Of a DNA stretch of 64,000 nucleotides, positions 9,659 through 19,923 are shown one piece after another (the first letter of the stretch is position 1; every line of letters starts with the position of its first letter). A program made the translations under genes and the position numbers. The stretch is taken from positions 64,001-128,000 of the forward strand of contig CAVPOC010000002.1 in assembly GCA_963706955.1 (NCBI GenBank). Reading direction: 5' to 3'. This DNA is from an uncultured Verrucomicrobiae bacterium. GTDB taxonomy: Bacteria; Verrucomicrobiota; Verrucomicrobiia; Chthoniobacterales; Terrimicrobiaceae. The notes beneath the pieces were generated by a model that made no database searches, was not told where the DNA came from, and saw only the letters and a program-made list of their open reading frames with translations.

Positions 9659-11206
9659 CTATTGGACTTGGGACTGCGACTGCGATTGGCGCTGCGCCTG
9701 TGCTTGGCCCTGCGACTGAGATTGACTCTGCGACTGCGATGGAGAGGCGAGCTCCGGCTCGCCGTTCTCATCGAGGACCCAGGTATCTTTGCTGCCCCCG
9801 CCCTGGCTGGAATTGACCACCAGCGAGCCTTTGCGCAGGGCCACCCGCGTAAGGCCGCCCGGAATGATGCTCGTCTTTTCGCCGCAGAGAATATACGGGC
9901 GCAGGTCGATGTGTCGACCCTCGGCAGTCCCTTCGCAATAGGAGGGAGAGCGGGACAAGAGCACGACCGGCTGCGCGATGTATCCTCGCGGGTCCGCCAG
10001 AATCGCCGCCCGGAATTCCTCAAGCTCCTCTTTGGTGGCGTGAGGGCCAATGATCATTCCGTAGCCGCCACTTTCGTTGGCCGCTTTCACCACCAGCTTG
10101 TCCAAATTTTCCAAGATGAACGTCCGGTCCGTCTCATCGGTGGTGAGATAGGTCTCTACGTTTGGAAGGATCGGTTCCTCCCCGAGGTAAAATTTGATCA
10201 TCTTGGGGACGTAATAGTAGGTGACCTTGTCGTCGGCCACGCCAGTGCCGATCGCATTCGCCAGGTTTACGTTTCCCTTGCGATACGCTTCGATGATGCC
10301 CGGAACGCCAAGGACAGAGTCCTTCCGAAAGACGGTGGGATCGATGAAATCATCGTCGATTCGGCGGTAAATAACGTCAACCTGCCGAAGTCCCTTGGTG
10401 GTCTTCATGAAAACTCGTGAATCCTTCACGACCAAGTCACTCCCGGTAACGATTTCGATCCCCATCGAACGCGCGAGAAACGAGTGCTCGAAATAGGCGG
10501 AATTATAGATGCCGGGACTAAGAACCACCACGGTGGGCTCCGGGTCTTCGTGGGGGGCCACGTAGCGCAAGACGCCGAGCAAGTCTTGAGCATAGCGGTC
10601 CACAGGGCGCACCTGATAGCGCGCGAAGAGCTTTGGAAAGACGCGCTTCATCGCCTGGCGATTCTCCAAGACGTAAGACACGCCCGAGGGGCATCGACTG
10701 TTGTCTTCGAGAACTGTGTAGACGCCATTCCGATCCCGAATCAGGTCCGTTCCGCAAATATGGATGTAGATCTTTTTCGGAACATCGAAGCCCATGAACT
10801 CCGGCCGAAAATGCTTGGCGCCTCGGACAATCTCCTCAGGAATGATCTTCTCCTTGATGATACGCTGGCCGTGATAAACGTCGTGCAGGAATAGGTTGAG
10901 AGCAGTTAGCCGCTGAATCAGCCCGCGCTCAATGTGCTCCCATTCGTTCGCCGGAATAATCCGGGGAATGAGATCGAAGGGAAAGATACGCTCGGTCCCT
11001 TCATCGCCACTGTAGACGGTGAAGGTGATCCCTTGGTTGAGATAAGACTTCTCGGCGAGGAGCCGCTTGCGATCGAACTCTCCGTCGGCCATTTCCGAAA
11101 AGCGGCGCGCGAGGCGTTGATAATGGGGACGCACAACTCCCGGCGCCGAAAACATCTCGTCAAAAAAATTGCCGATCTCGTATTCCTTGAACAACCTGTT
11201 CATCAC
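9659..11206 (-). CDS. Circularly permuted type 2 ATP-grasp protein (DUF404/407)
   Basis: [49 protein letters not shown] and [14 protein letters not shown] motifs, with an SQ-rich C-terminal tail. Confidence 0.95.
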   Translation of the reverse strand: MMNRLFKEYEIGNFFDEMFSAPGVVRPHYQRLARRFSEMADGEFDRKRLLAEKSYLNQGITFTVYSGDEGTERIFPFDLIPRIIPANEWEHIERGLIQRLTALNLFLHDVYHGQRIIKEKIIPEEIVRGAKHFRPEFMGFDVPKKIYIHICGTDLIRDRNGVYTVLEDNSRCPSGVSYVLENRQAMKRVFPKLFARYQVRPVDRYAQDLLGVLRYVAPHEDPEPTVVVLSPGIYNSAYFEHSFLARSMGIEIVTGSDLVVKDSRVFMKTTKGLRQVDVIYRRIDDDFIDPTVFRKDSVLGVPGIIEAYRKGNVNLANAIGTGVADDKVTYYYVPKMIKFYLGEEPILPNVETYLTTDETDRTFILENLDKLVVKAANESGGYGMIIGPHATKEELEEFRAAILADPRGYIAQPVVLLSRSPSYCEGTAEGRHIDLRPYILCGEKTSIIPGGLTRVALRKGSLVVNSSQGGGSKDTWVLDENGEPELASPSQSQSQSQSQGQAQAQRQSQSQSQVQ

Positions 11207-11258
11207 GTCTCCCTCCCCAATACGCTGCGCAGGTTCTGTCTGCCGCAGGCCAATAGCA

Positions 11259-11792
11259 TCACGCAGCTATTCGTTGCGCAACCTCAAAATCCGGAGCCCA
11301 GCGGCTTCCCGTCCCTCCAAACTTCGAATAGAGGAACCGGGCAGCGGTCGATTTTTCCCGGCTGATTCCGTAGGCTTGGGAGAGGCCTGCCTCACGCAAA
11401 GCGACCAGCGAGGTCCTGAAGAGAACCGTCCCAAGTCCCCGCCCACGATATTCCTGAAGAACACAAGGACCGGTCGACAGGTGATTCTCGACGCCCTCGC
11501 GCGAGTTCACGACCGAGGCAGCGATGATTCGATGGCCATGCTGGATAATCATGCAATCCGGCGGATCCGACGCAAAACCTGCGTGAACATTTCTAACGAT
11601 GACCGCGCCAAACATTCTTTGGATGTCACTCCAGCCGGTATCCATGCTGAATGCGTTGGAGACGACCGTTTCGACGGCGTCGCGCTCGTCTTTGTCGGCC
11701 CCGCGCAGCATGAAAGGCGGCGGGACATTGCTTTCTTCAGCTGGAAGCGTCCTCAAGTCCCATTCGAATCGCAGCCAGCCGAGCGTGGTCAC
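11259..11792 (-). CDS. GNAT-family N-acetyltransferase-like protein
   Basis: Acetyl-CoA motif [14 protein letters not shown] and [14 protein letters not shown] start at 11792 is chosen by inspection. Confidence 0.7.
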   Translation of the reverse strand: MTTLGWLRFEWDLRTLPAEESNVPPPFMLRGADKDERDAVETVVSNAFSMDTGWSDIQRMFGAVIVRNVHAGFASDPPDCMIIQHGHRIIAASVVNSREGVENHLSTGPCVLQEYRGRGLGTVLFRTSLVALREAGLSQAYGISREKSTAARFLYSKFGGTGSRWAPDFEVAQRIAA

Positions 11793-11957
11793 CGAGGGAT
11801 GATTAGTTAGGGAGCATCCGAGTCGTTTTGGCAGGCCCACCAGATTCCGCCGATGAGAGCGCCGCACAACACGACGAAGGCGGTAAGAGTGAACATGAGA
11901 ACCGCGGGAGAATGTTCGATTCGCACCGCAAGTCAACAGAATTTCCTCGGTTGCAAA

Positions 11958-12407
11958 TCACGCCGGCTCAATTCCAAAAAAATCGCGGAACACACTCACG
12001 TAAACTTCACGCTTCATCGGTCCAATCCAATCGAGGTCGAAGGACGCCGGTGGGAGCCACCGAGCTGCCCGAAACTCGTCAGAGCCTTCGAGGCGGATGA
12101 CCGCCTCGGGAGTGGTGAGCTCGGCGAGGAAATAGTGCTGTTCCTGGCCGTCGTATCCGTTCTTCTTCCGACCATTCAAAAAAAGGTACCGATAGGGACC
12201 TTTGCTTGAAACAACGCGATAATCTTTCGGCTTGAGACCGAGCTCCTCCTCGACCTCACGCACCAATGCGTTCAGCAAAGTTTCGCCCTTCTTCACGCCT
12301 CCTTGCGGGAACTGCCAACAGCCCGAGACATCGCTGCGCTCGCAAAGCAGAATCTCGCCCCGGCAATTTCGCAAAATAATTGCGGCATTCGGCCGGTATG
12401 AGGGCAT
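11958..12407 (-). CDS. NUDIX hydrolase, RppH/Ap4A-like
   Basis: YRPNAA, WQFPQGG..GET....REVEEELG Nudix box and GQEQHYF. Confidence 0.88.
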   Translation of the reverse strand: MPSYRPNAAIILRNCRGEILLCERSDVSGCWQFPQGGVKKGETLLNALVREVEEELGLKPKDYRVVSSKGPYRYLFLNGRKKNGYDGQEQHYFLAELTTPEAVIRLEGSDEFRAARWLPPASFDLDWIGPMKREVYVSVFRDFFGIEPA

Positions 12408-12836
12408 ATTGCTTTATGCAGCAGAAGTCATGCGCTCCGCCAGCGCAGTTTTGCGGATTTTGCAAGCCGCGGCCAGCTGCTCGTGACCTCGTGCGTCCTC
12501 TTCTCGAGGCAAAACGGCGTCGTTGAACGTGCCTACGTTTCTTGATGCTTCTGACACCCTCCGTCTCGACGTCAGCCCGAATGCCTGGGAATCTGGATTA
12601 CGAGCATTCTCCTGATCGCCTTGCCGGTTCCGTGAACTGATATGAACGCTTTGCCACGAGCTCTCTTCTTCGTGTGGTGCGCATCCATCTGCCGGCACAG
12701 GGTCGGAGAACTGCTCGCCGCCGACATCCGTAGCGGCGGCGCCAGCGGGCCGCGGCCGAACGCAGCAGAGCGATTATTCAAGCCTTGAAAGATGGCGTGA
12801 ACTCTCCATTTTCCCGCTGTCTTCCATCGACCAAGC

Positions 12837-14279
12837 GTGCGACAGAAAATTAAACCCACCCACGAGTGCGGCGTCTTCGCCATCTTCGGCCATCCGGAGG
12901 CTGCCAGCATCACCTATTACGGTCTGTTTGCCTTGCAGCACCGCGGGCAGGAGAGTGCGGGTATAGTTTCCGCGAAAGGGACGGAGAGTCCCTTCACCGT
13001 CCATAAGGGAATGGGCTTGGTCTCGCAGGTCTTTTCGCCGGACACCTTGGAACGACTCTCCGGCACCCGGGCGATCGGCCATGTGCGTTATTCGACGACG
13101 GGCTCAAGCACAATCAAGAACGCTCAACCTTTCGTGGTGGATACTGGCCGTGGCCAGATCGCGGTCGGTCACAATGGCAACCTCGTCAATGCGGCACAGC
13201 TTCGTGAAGAACTGGAAGCCAAGGGCTCGATATTCCAAACCACTGTCGACAGCGAGATTATCCTCCACTTGCTCGCGCAACCGCGCGGTTCGGGCGGCGT
13301 CCTTTCCGCGCTGCGGCGTATCGAAGGCGCCTTCTCGATCGTGTTGATGGGCGAGCGCGAGATCCTTGGCTTTCGAGATCCTCACGGTTTCCGGCCGCTC
13401 TGCATCGGACGCAAGGACGGCGCCTATGTTCTTTCCTCGGAGAGCTGCGCACTGGACCTCATTCAAGCTGAATATATCCGCGAAGTTGAACCCGGCGAGG
13501 TCGTGATCATTGACAACTCGGGCATTCGTTCGGAATGGCCGTTCCCCTCCACACGAAAGGCGTTTTGCATTTTCGAGTACGTCTATTTCGCTCGCCCCGA
13601 TAGCACGATTGCCGGCATAAACGTCAGTAAGGCAAGAGTTGAGATGGGCCGCGAGCTCGCGCGCCAGCATCCCGTCGAAGCGGATCTCGTCATCCCTGTG
13701 CCGGACTCTGGCGTCTATGCAGCCCTTGGCTATTCCGAAGAACTCGGCATTCCCTATTTTCCGGCATTCGTCCGCAATCACTATATCGGCCGCACCTTCA
13801 TCCAGCCAACCCAACGAATTCGCGACTTCAATGTGCGGGTAAAATTGAATCTCATCCTGGACGCGGTGAAGGGCAAACGGGTGGTGGTGGTAGATGACTC
13901 GATCGTGCGCGGCACGACCGCGCGCTCGCGAGTAGTTACGCTCCGAGAGGCCGGTGCGAAAGAGGTTCACATGCGCATTAGCTGTCCGCCGCACAAGTTT
14001 GCCTGTTATTACGGGATCGACTTCCCCGATCCGGAAAAGCTGCTCGCCAATCAGTGCACGCTCGACGAGATCCGAAACTATCTCGGCGCTGACTCGATCG
14101 GCTATCTTGACCTGAAAGGGATGATCACGGCCACAGGTCAATCAGAGAACACGTTTTGCACCGCGTGCTTCAGTGGCAATTACCCGGTCCCCTACGACGC
14201 GGCGTTCGACAAATTTATCATGGAGAAACGGCTTGGCCGAATCCAGCTGCTCGAAAAGGAGCAGGCGCGCTTGCTATGA
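12837..14279 (+). CDS. purF: Amidophosphoribosyltransferase
   Basis: Propeptide then CGVF, LQHRGQESAG, GHVRYST, VDDSIVRGTT PRPP motif and Fe-S cysteines CTAC. Confidence 0.97.
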   Translation: MRQKIKPTHECGVFAIFGHPEAASITYYGLFALQHRGQESAGIVSAKGTESPFTVHKGMGLVSQVFSPDTLERLSGTRAIGHVRYSTTGSSTIKNAQPFVVDTGRGQIAVGHNGNLVNAAQLREELEAKGSIFQTTVDSEIILHLLAQPRGSGGVLSALRRIEGAFSIVLMGEREILGFRDPHGFRPLCIGRKDGAYVLSSESCALDLIQAEYIREVEPGEVVIIDNSGIRSEWPFPSTRKAFCIFEYVYFARPDSTIAGINVSKARVEMGRELARQHPVEADLVIPVPDSGVYAALGYSEELGIPYFPAFVRNHYIGRTFIQPTQRIRDFNVRVKLNLILDAVKGKRVVVVDDSIVRGTTARSRVVTLREAGAKEVHMRISCPPHKFACYYGIDFPDPEKLLANQCTLDEIRNYLGADSIGYLDLKGMITATGQSENTFCTACFSGNYPVPYDAAFDKFIMEKRLGRIQLLEKEQARLL

Positions 14280-15298
14280 AAACCAGTCCGCTAAAGGCCT
14301 ACGCTCAAGCCGGTGTGGACGTCGATTTTGGCAACACGCTCAAGCGCGGGATCCAATCGATTGTCCGCGCCACCCACGGACCGGAGGTGCTCGGCAAGAT
14401 CGGCGGATTTGGGGGACTCTTCCGAGCGGATTTCAAAGGAATGAAGGCGCCGGTGCTGGTGTCCAGTGTTGATGGTGTTGGCACGAAACTGAAAGTGGCT
14501 CTTGCCGTCGGACGTCACGACACCATCGGTCAGGATCTCGTCAACCACTGCATCAACGATATCGCCGTGCTTGGCGCGCGACCGTTGTTCTTTCTCGACT
14601 ACATCGCCGCGGGCCAGCTCGAGACGAAGGTCTTCCGGCAGCTCCTCCGCGGCTTGGCGAAGGCGTGCAAGGCGGCACACTGCGCGCTCATCGGTGGTGA
14701 GACCGCGCAAATGCCAGGCATGTATCGACCAGGCGAATACGACATCGCCGGGACGATTGTCGGAGTGGTGGACCGCCCGAAAATGCTCGATGGTTCGCGC
14801 GTTCGGCCGGGCGACACCTTGGTCGGTCTTCTTTCGGACGGATTGCAGACCAACGGCTTTTCCCTCGCGCGAGCGGTCCTCTTCGAGAGTATGGGCCTGA
14901 AGACCACTTCGCGCCTCCCTGAACTTCGCCTTACCCTCGGGGATGAGTTACTGCGCGTGCACAAGAACTATCAACCGGCGCTAGCCTCGATCAGACCTGG
15001 GACGGTCCACGGCGCGGCCCACATTACTGGAGGAGGGCTCGTGGACAATTTACCCCGCGTGCTGCCCTCGAACTGTCAGGCAAATATTCGCCGGGGTTCC
15101 TGGCGAATCCCACCGATCTTTCAAATCATCCAACGTGGTGGGGAGGTCAGCCCGTCGGAAATGTATCAGGTTTTCAACATGGGCATCGGGATGGTCCTGA
15201 TCGTGCCGAAGAAGCACGAGGCGGAGGTCGCGCGCAAGACTGGTGGCCGCATCATTGGGGAGATTGTCGAAGGTCCCCGAATTGTTGCGCTGATATAA
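14276..15298 (+). CDS. purM: Phosphoribosylformylglycinamidine cyclo-ligase
   Basis: YAQAGVD, DGVGTK, GGETAQMPG, HITGGG and FNMGIG motifs. Start overlaps the purF stop (ATGA). Confidence 0.96.
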   Translation: MKTSPLKAYAQAGVDVDFGNTLKRGIQSIVRATHGPEVLGKIGGFGGLFRADFKGMKAPVLVSSVDGVGTKLKVALAVGRHDTIGQDLVNHCINDIAVLGARPLFFLDYIAAGQLETKVFRQLLRGLAKACKAAHCALIGGETAQMPGMYRPGEYDIAGTIVGVVDRPKMLDGSRVRPGDTLVGLLSDGLQTNGFSLARAVLFESMGLKTTSRLPELRLTLGDELLRVHKNYQPALASIRPGTVHGAAHITGGGLVDNLPRVLPSNCQANIRRGSWRIPPIFQIIQRGGEVSPSEMYQVFNMGIGMVLIVPKKHEAEVARKTGGRIIGEIVEGPRIVALI

Positions 15299-15528
15299 AG
15301 CTGGCCGCTCACGAGAGGCGCAAATCGAGCCCGCCAACGCCAGCGAAACGTAGCTAAGGCGATCGCTCCGGGCGCTGCACTCTCTCCTGGATCGCGGTCT
15401 CGCGATTGCGCACTCCGGGTCTCTCATTTCGACCGGCATTTCCAGGCCAGAATAACGGGGCTCGAAATTCCTCAATGAAATTGAAGAGTGCTCTATGGAA
15501 GCAATCTTTTTCATGCTATGAGGAGGGC

Positions 15529-16524
15529 GTGTTGAATCTCTGGAAACGTAAGCCGGCGCTAGGAATTGGAATTGGCGTTAGCCTGGTTGGCGCGGTGGCC
15601 CTGGCGGTGCGCTACGGCTTTCGTCGCGCGCCGCGGGAACGCATCCCGGACGATATATCTCCGGCCATCTTCGCGACGCGAGTGACCGAGACAATTTTTG
15701 GGGAGATGATCTACCACATCTCGGGAAGCGGAGATCCCGTAGTGTTTCTGCACGGCATCTATCTCGGGGCCTCTTCCTACGAATGGTCGAAAGTCTACCC
15801 GCACTTTACCTTTGGTCGCGAGGTCATCGTTCCTGATTTGATCGGTTTTGGCGAATCTGAAAGGCCAGGCGTAACGATGGATGCCACAGATTACGCCGAA
15901 AGCCTGGCCGAATTCCTGCGGAATACCTGCGGAGATCGGACACCTATTGTCGTTGCCAGCGGCCTCACTGCCGGGATTGCCCTCCTCCTGGCCTCACGAC
16001 ACCCCGAGCGGGTCAGCAGGCTCATCCTTCTCCTGCCAACGGGACTGAAGGAATCGGGAAAATGGGGGGCTTCTGGCATGGTGGCACTCGTCGGATTGCC
16101 CGGCCTGAACCGCTTCGTTTATCGAAACTATCTTTCCCGAGCGCCGTTCATTAGAGGATGGCTCACCAAGTTTGCGTTGGGCGATCCCTCCCGCCTGAAT
16201 GAGGAAATGGTGCGCGCATTGACGACTTGCGCGCAACAGGTCGGCGCCGAGCATGCCATCTTTGGATTTCTCCGCGGGCGGCTGGCGTTCGACATTGAAT
16301 CGCGCCTGGAGCGGGTCCCGCATCCGGTGAGCATTCTCTGGCCAGAGCGGGCCTCCGGCTTCCCTCTGGCCGCCGGAGAAGAGATCTCGCGAAAGCTCGA
16401 ACGCTCCAGAATGATTCCCGTGCCAGACTGCGGAATTCTGGCGGCTCTGGAAGCGCCAGCCGTGCTGACATCAATCATTGCTGCAGAGCTGGACGGCGAC
16501 TTTCGTCTTGAGGGCGCCGCGTAA
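15529..16524 (+). CDS. Alpha/beta hydrolase fold protein with N-terminal membrane anchor
   Basis: VVFLHGI and PDLIGFGESERP motifs. The nucleophile elbow is atypical (VASGLTA). GTG start follows GAGGAGG. Confidence 0.75.
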   Translation: MLNLWKRKPALGIGIGVSLVGAVALAVRYGFRRAPRERIPDDISPAIFATRVTETIFGEMIYHISGSGDPVVFLHGIYLGASSYEWSKVYPHFTFGREVIVPDLIGFGESERPGVTMDATDYAESLAEFLRNTCGDRTPIVVASGLTAGIALLLASRHPERVSRLILLLPTGLKESGKWGASGMVALVGLPGLNRFVYRNYLSRAPFIRGWLTKFALGDPSRLNEEMVRALTTCAQQVGAEHAIFGFLRGRLAFDIESRLERVPHPVSILWPERASGFPLAAGEEISRKLERSRMIPVPDCGILAALEAPAVLTSIIAAELDGDFRLEGAA

Positions 16525-16554
16525 GTTGCTATCCCGGCAGCTTTCCACATCTAA

Positions 16555-17845
16555 GTGAACGTCTCCGACCTCCGCGAGATCCTCCAATACGTTCCCCGGT
16601 TCCGGGAGCGCGTCTTTGTCATTGCCCTTGATGGGGAGGTGGCTGCTTCGGATAACTTTCCCAACATTCTCCTCGATCTGGCAGTCTTGCGTTCTCTGAG
16701 CGTGAAGGTCGTCCTCGTGCACGGGGCAGGGTTCCAGATCGTCAAGCTCGCGCGCGAGCGCGGAGTCAACCTGACAAACTCGGATGGAACCGGCATCACC
16801 GATGAAGTCACCCTGCAGGTCAGCATCGATGCAGCCATCCGCTTAACGAACCAAATCATGGAAGGCCTCTCCGCCGTCGAACTTGCGCGCCGCCTACATG
16901 AATGCGGTGATCGCCCATCCGGCAGGAATCCTCGGAGGGACCGACCACCAATTTACCGGCCGGGTGGAACGCATTGATGTCAAGGCGTTGCGCCTTTTGC
17001 TTGACGAGGGAATCGTCCCGGTGGTGCCGCCGTTGGGCTTCGATGGCGAAGGCCGAACATATCGGGTGAATTCCGATGCGGCGGCCGTTGAAGTGGGTGA
17101 GGAACTCTCGGCGTCGAAGATCATTTACCTCGCGCCCAGCTCGGCCTTCGCCGGACATTCGGTCCTGCCACGTCAGCTATCGGTCCGCGACACTTTGGAA
17201 TTGGTCAAACGACAGCGCGACGACTTTTCGCAGAGCATTGCCTCGAAGCTGGAATGCGCCGCGCAGGCTTGCATGCAAGGCGTCCCGCGGGTGCATCTGC
17301 TCGATGGTGGAGTCAACGAGGCGCTTCTCACCGAGATCTTCAGCTATGACGGCTTTGGCACGATGGTCTACTCGAACGAATACCAACAAATCCGCCGCAT
17401 CTTTAAGAAGGATGTTCGTTCGGTCATGTCGCTGATCCGCCAATCTGTGCAAAGTGAGGAGCTGGTTCGCCGCACCCGCGCGGAAATCCTCGAACGGCTC
17501 GAAGATTATTGGCTCCTCGAAGTCGACCGCACCCCGGTGGCCTGCGTCGCCTTGCACGTCTATCCCGAGGAGGCTGCGGGTGAGCTCGCTTGCCTCTACG
17601 TCAGCAAGGCGCACGAGAACCAAGGCTATGGTCAGAAACTTATGGCTTTCGCCGAGAACCTTGCCCGCGAGAAAGGTCTCAAGCGAATCGTTGCACTCTC
17701 GACCCAAGCCTTCAGCTATCTGCAGCAAAAAGGCGGGTATGTCGAAGCCGCTCCCGAATCTCTCCCTGCGGAACGTCGCCTCAAGTATGAGGCCAGCGGA
17801 CGTTTTTCGAAAATCCTCTCCAAGCCAGTTACAACGGCCAATTAA
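16555..17845 (+). CDS. argA: Amino-acid N-acetyltransferase (AA kinase + GNAT), split by one frameshift near 16883
   Basis: ORF 16555.. (YVPRFRERVFVIALDG, VVLVHGAG) continues into ORF 16883..17845 (GVPRVHLLDG, ELACLYV, ALSTQ). Removing one T in GAACTTGCGC joins them. Confidence 0.85.
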
Positions 17846-17857
17846 GAGAAAAGCGGG

Positions 17858-19507
17858 ATGGCACCAGATTCCCCAAGTGGTCTATTGGTCGATGGGCTCG
17901 TCGTCTTTCTTTACTTCGCCGTCATCATCGCGATCGGGCTCTACAAAGGGCGCGGGAGCAAGGATCTCGAGAGCTTCGCGGTAGGCAACCGGAATATTCC
18001 CTGGTGGGCGGTGCTGGCATCGATCCTGGCCGCGGAAATAAGTGCGGCGACATTCCTGGGGGCGCCGGGTGAAGGCTATGAGAAGCGCAACTTCACCTAT
18101 GCGCAGCTGGCCCTCGGCACCATTCTCGCCCGCGTCATCATCGCCTACATTTTCATCAAGCCCTACTACGATTTTCGCGTCGTCTCCATCTACGAGTATT
18201 TGCTGCTCCGTTTTGGAACCAGAACTAAGGACACGGCGTCGGCAATCTTCCTGATCACACGCGCCCTTGCGAGCGGAACGCGGCTCTACGTCGCAGCCAT
18301 CGTCTTCGTGATGGGATACGAAATGGTAAGTGGCGAGACCCTCAATATCTGGCAACAAGTCTGGATCTATATCGTCGCACTGTCAGTCATCACCGCCCTG
18401 ACCGCTCTCTATACCGCGCTCGGCGGCATCAAGGCAGTCGTTTGGACCGACGTAATTCAGGCTTGCATAATGTTCGGCTCGCTCGGATTTGCCATCTGGT
18501 CGCTCCTCCAAGCTATTCCTGGCGGCTGGCAAGGCGTTACCGCCGCCCTGAACCAACCCGACGATTGGCAATTCTTTTCCAGTGGCGTGGAGGCTAGCAG
18601 GACCTTTGGGGAAAACGTTCGCAGCATTCTCGAAAGCGAGTACACGATCTGGGCCGCCCTGATCGGATCCACCTTCACGACGCTGGCGACGCACGGGACC
18701 GATCAAGACATGGTCCAGCGCATGCTCACGGCGAAAGACCACCACCGGAGCAGACTTTCCCTCATCATGTCGGGGTTGGCCGATCTCCCGCTGGTCATGG
18801 CGTTTCTCTTTCGTCGGAATGCTTCTCTGGGCATTTTACCAGGAGCCCGGCAAGAACGCTCCCTTCGCTTATTACATTGTCCACGAACTTCCGCCTGGAG
18901 TGCGCGGAGTTCTGATTGCGGGCATTTTCGCCACTGCGATGGGGTCATTGAGCACTGCGCTCAACGCTCTGGCGACAAGCTTCACCGAGGATTGGTATCG
19001 GCCCTACATACGGACCGGACGCCTCGCAAGCCCAGATCGTTCGCGCGGCGCGGGTGAGCACGGTGGTCTTCTCGATTTTGCTGATCCTGATTGGCTCAGC
19101 GACCGCCTACGCCAAGATCGTTCTGAACGCCCGGATCATTCCCATCGTCCTTGGCATCTTTGGATACACCTACGGCTCGTTGCTCGGCGTTTTCCTGGTA
19201 GGTCTGCTAACCAAGCGGCGAGGCAGCGAAGCAGGAAACCTCTTCGCCATGGTGTGCGGCTTCCTGGTAGTCGCAGTTCTTAGCGGCCTGCATAACGACA
19301 TTTGGACACTTCTCCATCCAAATACCGCCGGAAATGAGCACCGCATCGCTCTGGGCCCCAGCGTGGCTTCCGCGAATTGAGTTTCCCTGGCGAATCGCAT
19401 TCGGGGCGGTCGTGACTTTCGCCGTGGCCGTTTGCTTCAAAACTCCCGAACCCAAAGTCCGCTCGACCGAAGAATACCTCGCCCGCTGCACCCGCATGGG
19501 CGCTTGA
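17858..19507 (+). CDS. Sodium:solute symporter family protein, about 3 frameshifts
   Basis: SILAAEISAATFLG, GGIKAVVWTD, DQDMVQRML and AMGSLSTALNALA segments lie in different frames (shifts near 18810, 19040, 19345). The last frame ends ...IEFPWRIAFG...MGA* at 19507. Confidence 0.8.
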
Positions 19508-19642
19508 CCCGGCCGCTCGTCAAGCGTTTTACCGCAAAGGCGAAAAAAATTTCTTATGGCCCGTTCAACCCTTTTTTCTTGAGTGACTCGCGTTAGGGAT
19601 TTCTATTCTCGCGCCGCTTGCGGCAGACGAAGGCAAGCGTGT

Positions 19643-19917
19643 TGTGAACAACTTGTGAAGATGTTGAATCCCCCGATTCAATGAAGATGAGCGCGCGTGT
19701 CACGCCCAGCCGCAAGGCTTGGCGAGAGTGAGGAGCAGGTTTGGGGCACCCATCCTGCGCGAATTTTCTCAACCTTCTATCAGTGAACGAATTAGAATGA
19801 ACTTTCTTCCCAGAATTTCTGAAAAAAACTTGGCGCGCGCGCGATTTTCAGTTGTTCTGAGAAGGGTCAAAGCTGCCGAGCTGGTTCCGAGGGGCAAGCC
19901 AGGGATCTCGTGCATAA
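19643..19917. promoter_or_regulatory. Candidate DnaA boxes upstream of dnaA
   Basis: TGTGAACAA (19643-19651) and CGTGCATAA (19909-19917) each have 1 mismatch to TT(A/T)TNCACA. TGTGAAGAT (19654-19662) is weaker. All lie in a 416-bp intergenic region. Confidence 0.45.
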
Positions 19918-19923
19918 CTTTCT

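Noticed and set aside
9658..10050. N-terminal extension of the alpha-E ORF to 452 aa
   Set aside because: It overlaps the ATP-grasp gene. The family start MLARVA is at 9657.
12560..12700. Possible HicA-toxin-like remnant (VHGTGKAIRRMLVIQIPRHSG)
   Set aside because: The resemblance is weak, and no recognisable N-terminus or antitoxin is present.
16870..16895. Programmed frameshift in argA
   Set aside because: No slippery heptamer. A single-base indel error is simpler given the other shifts nearby.
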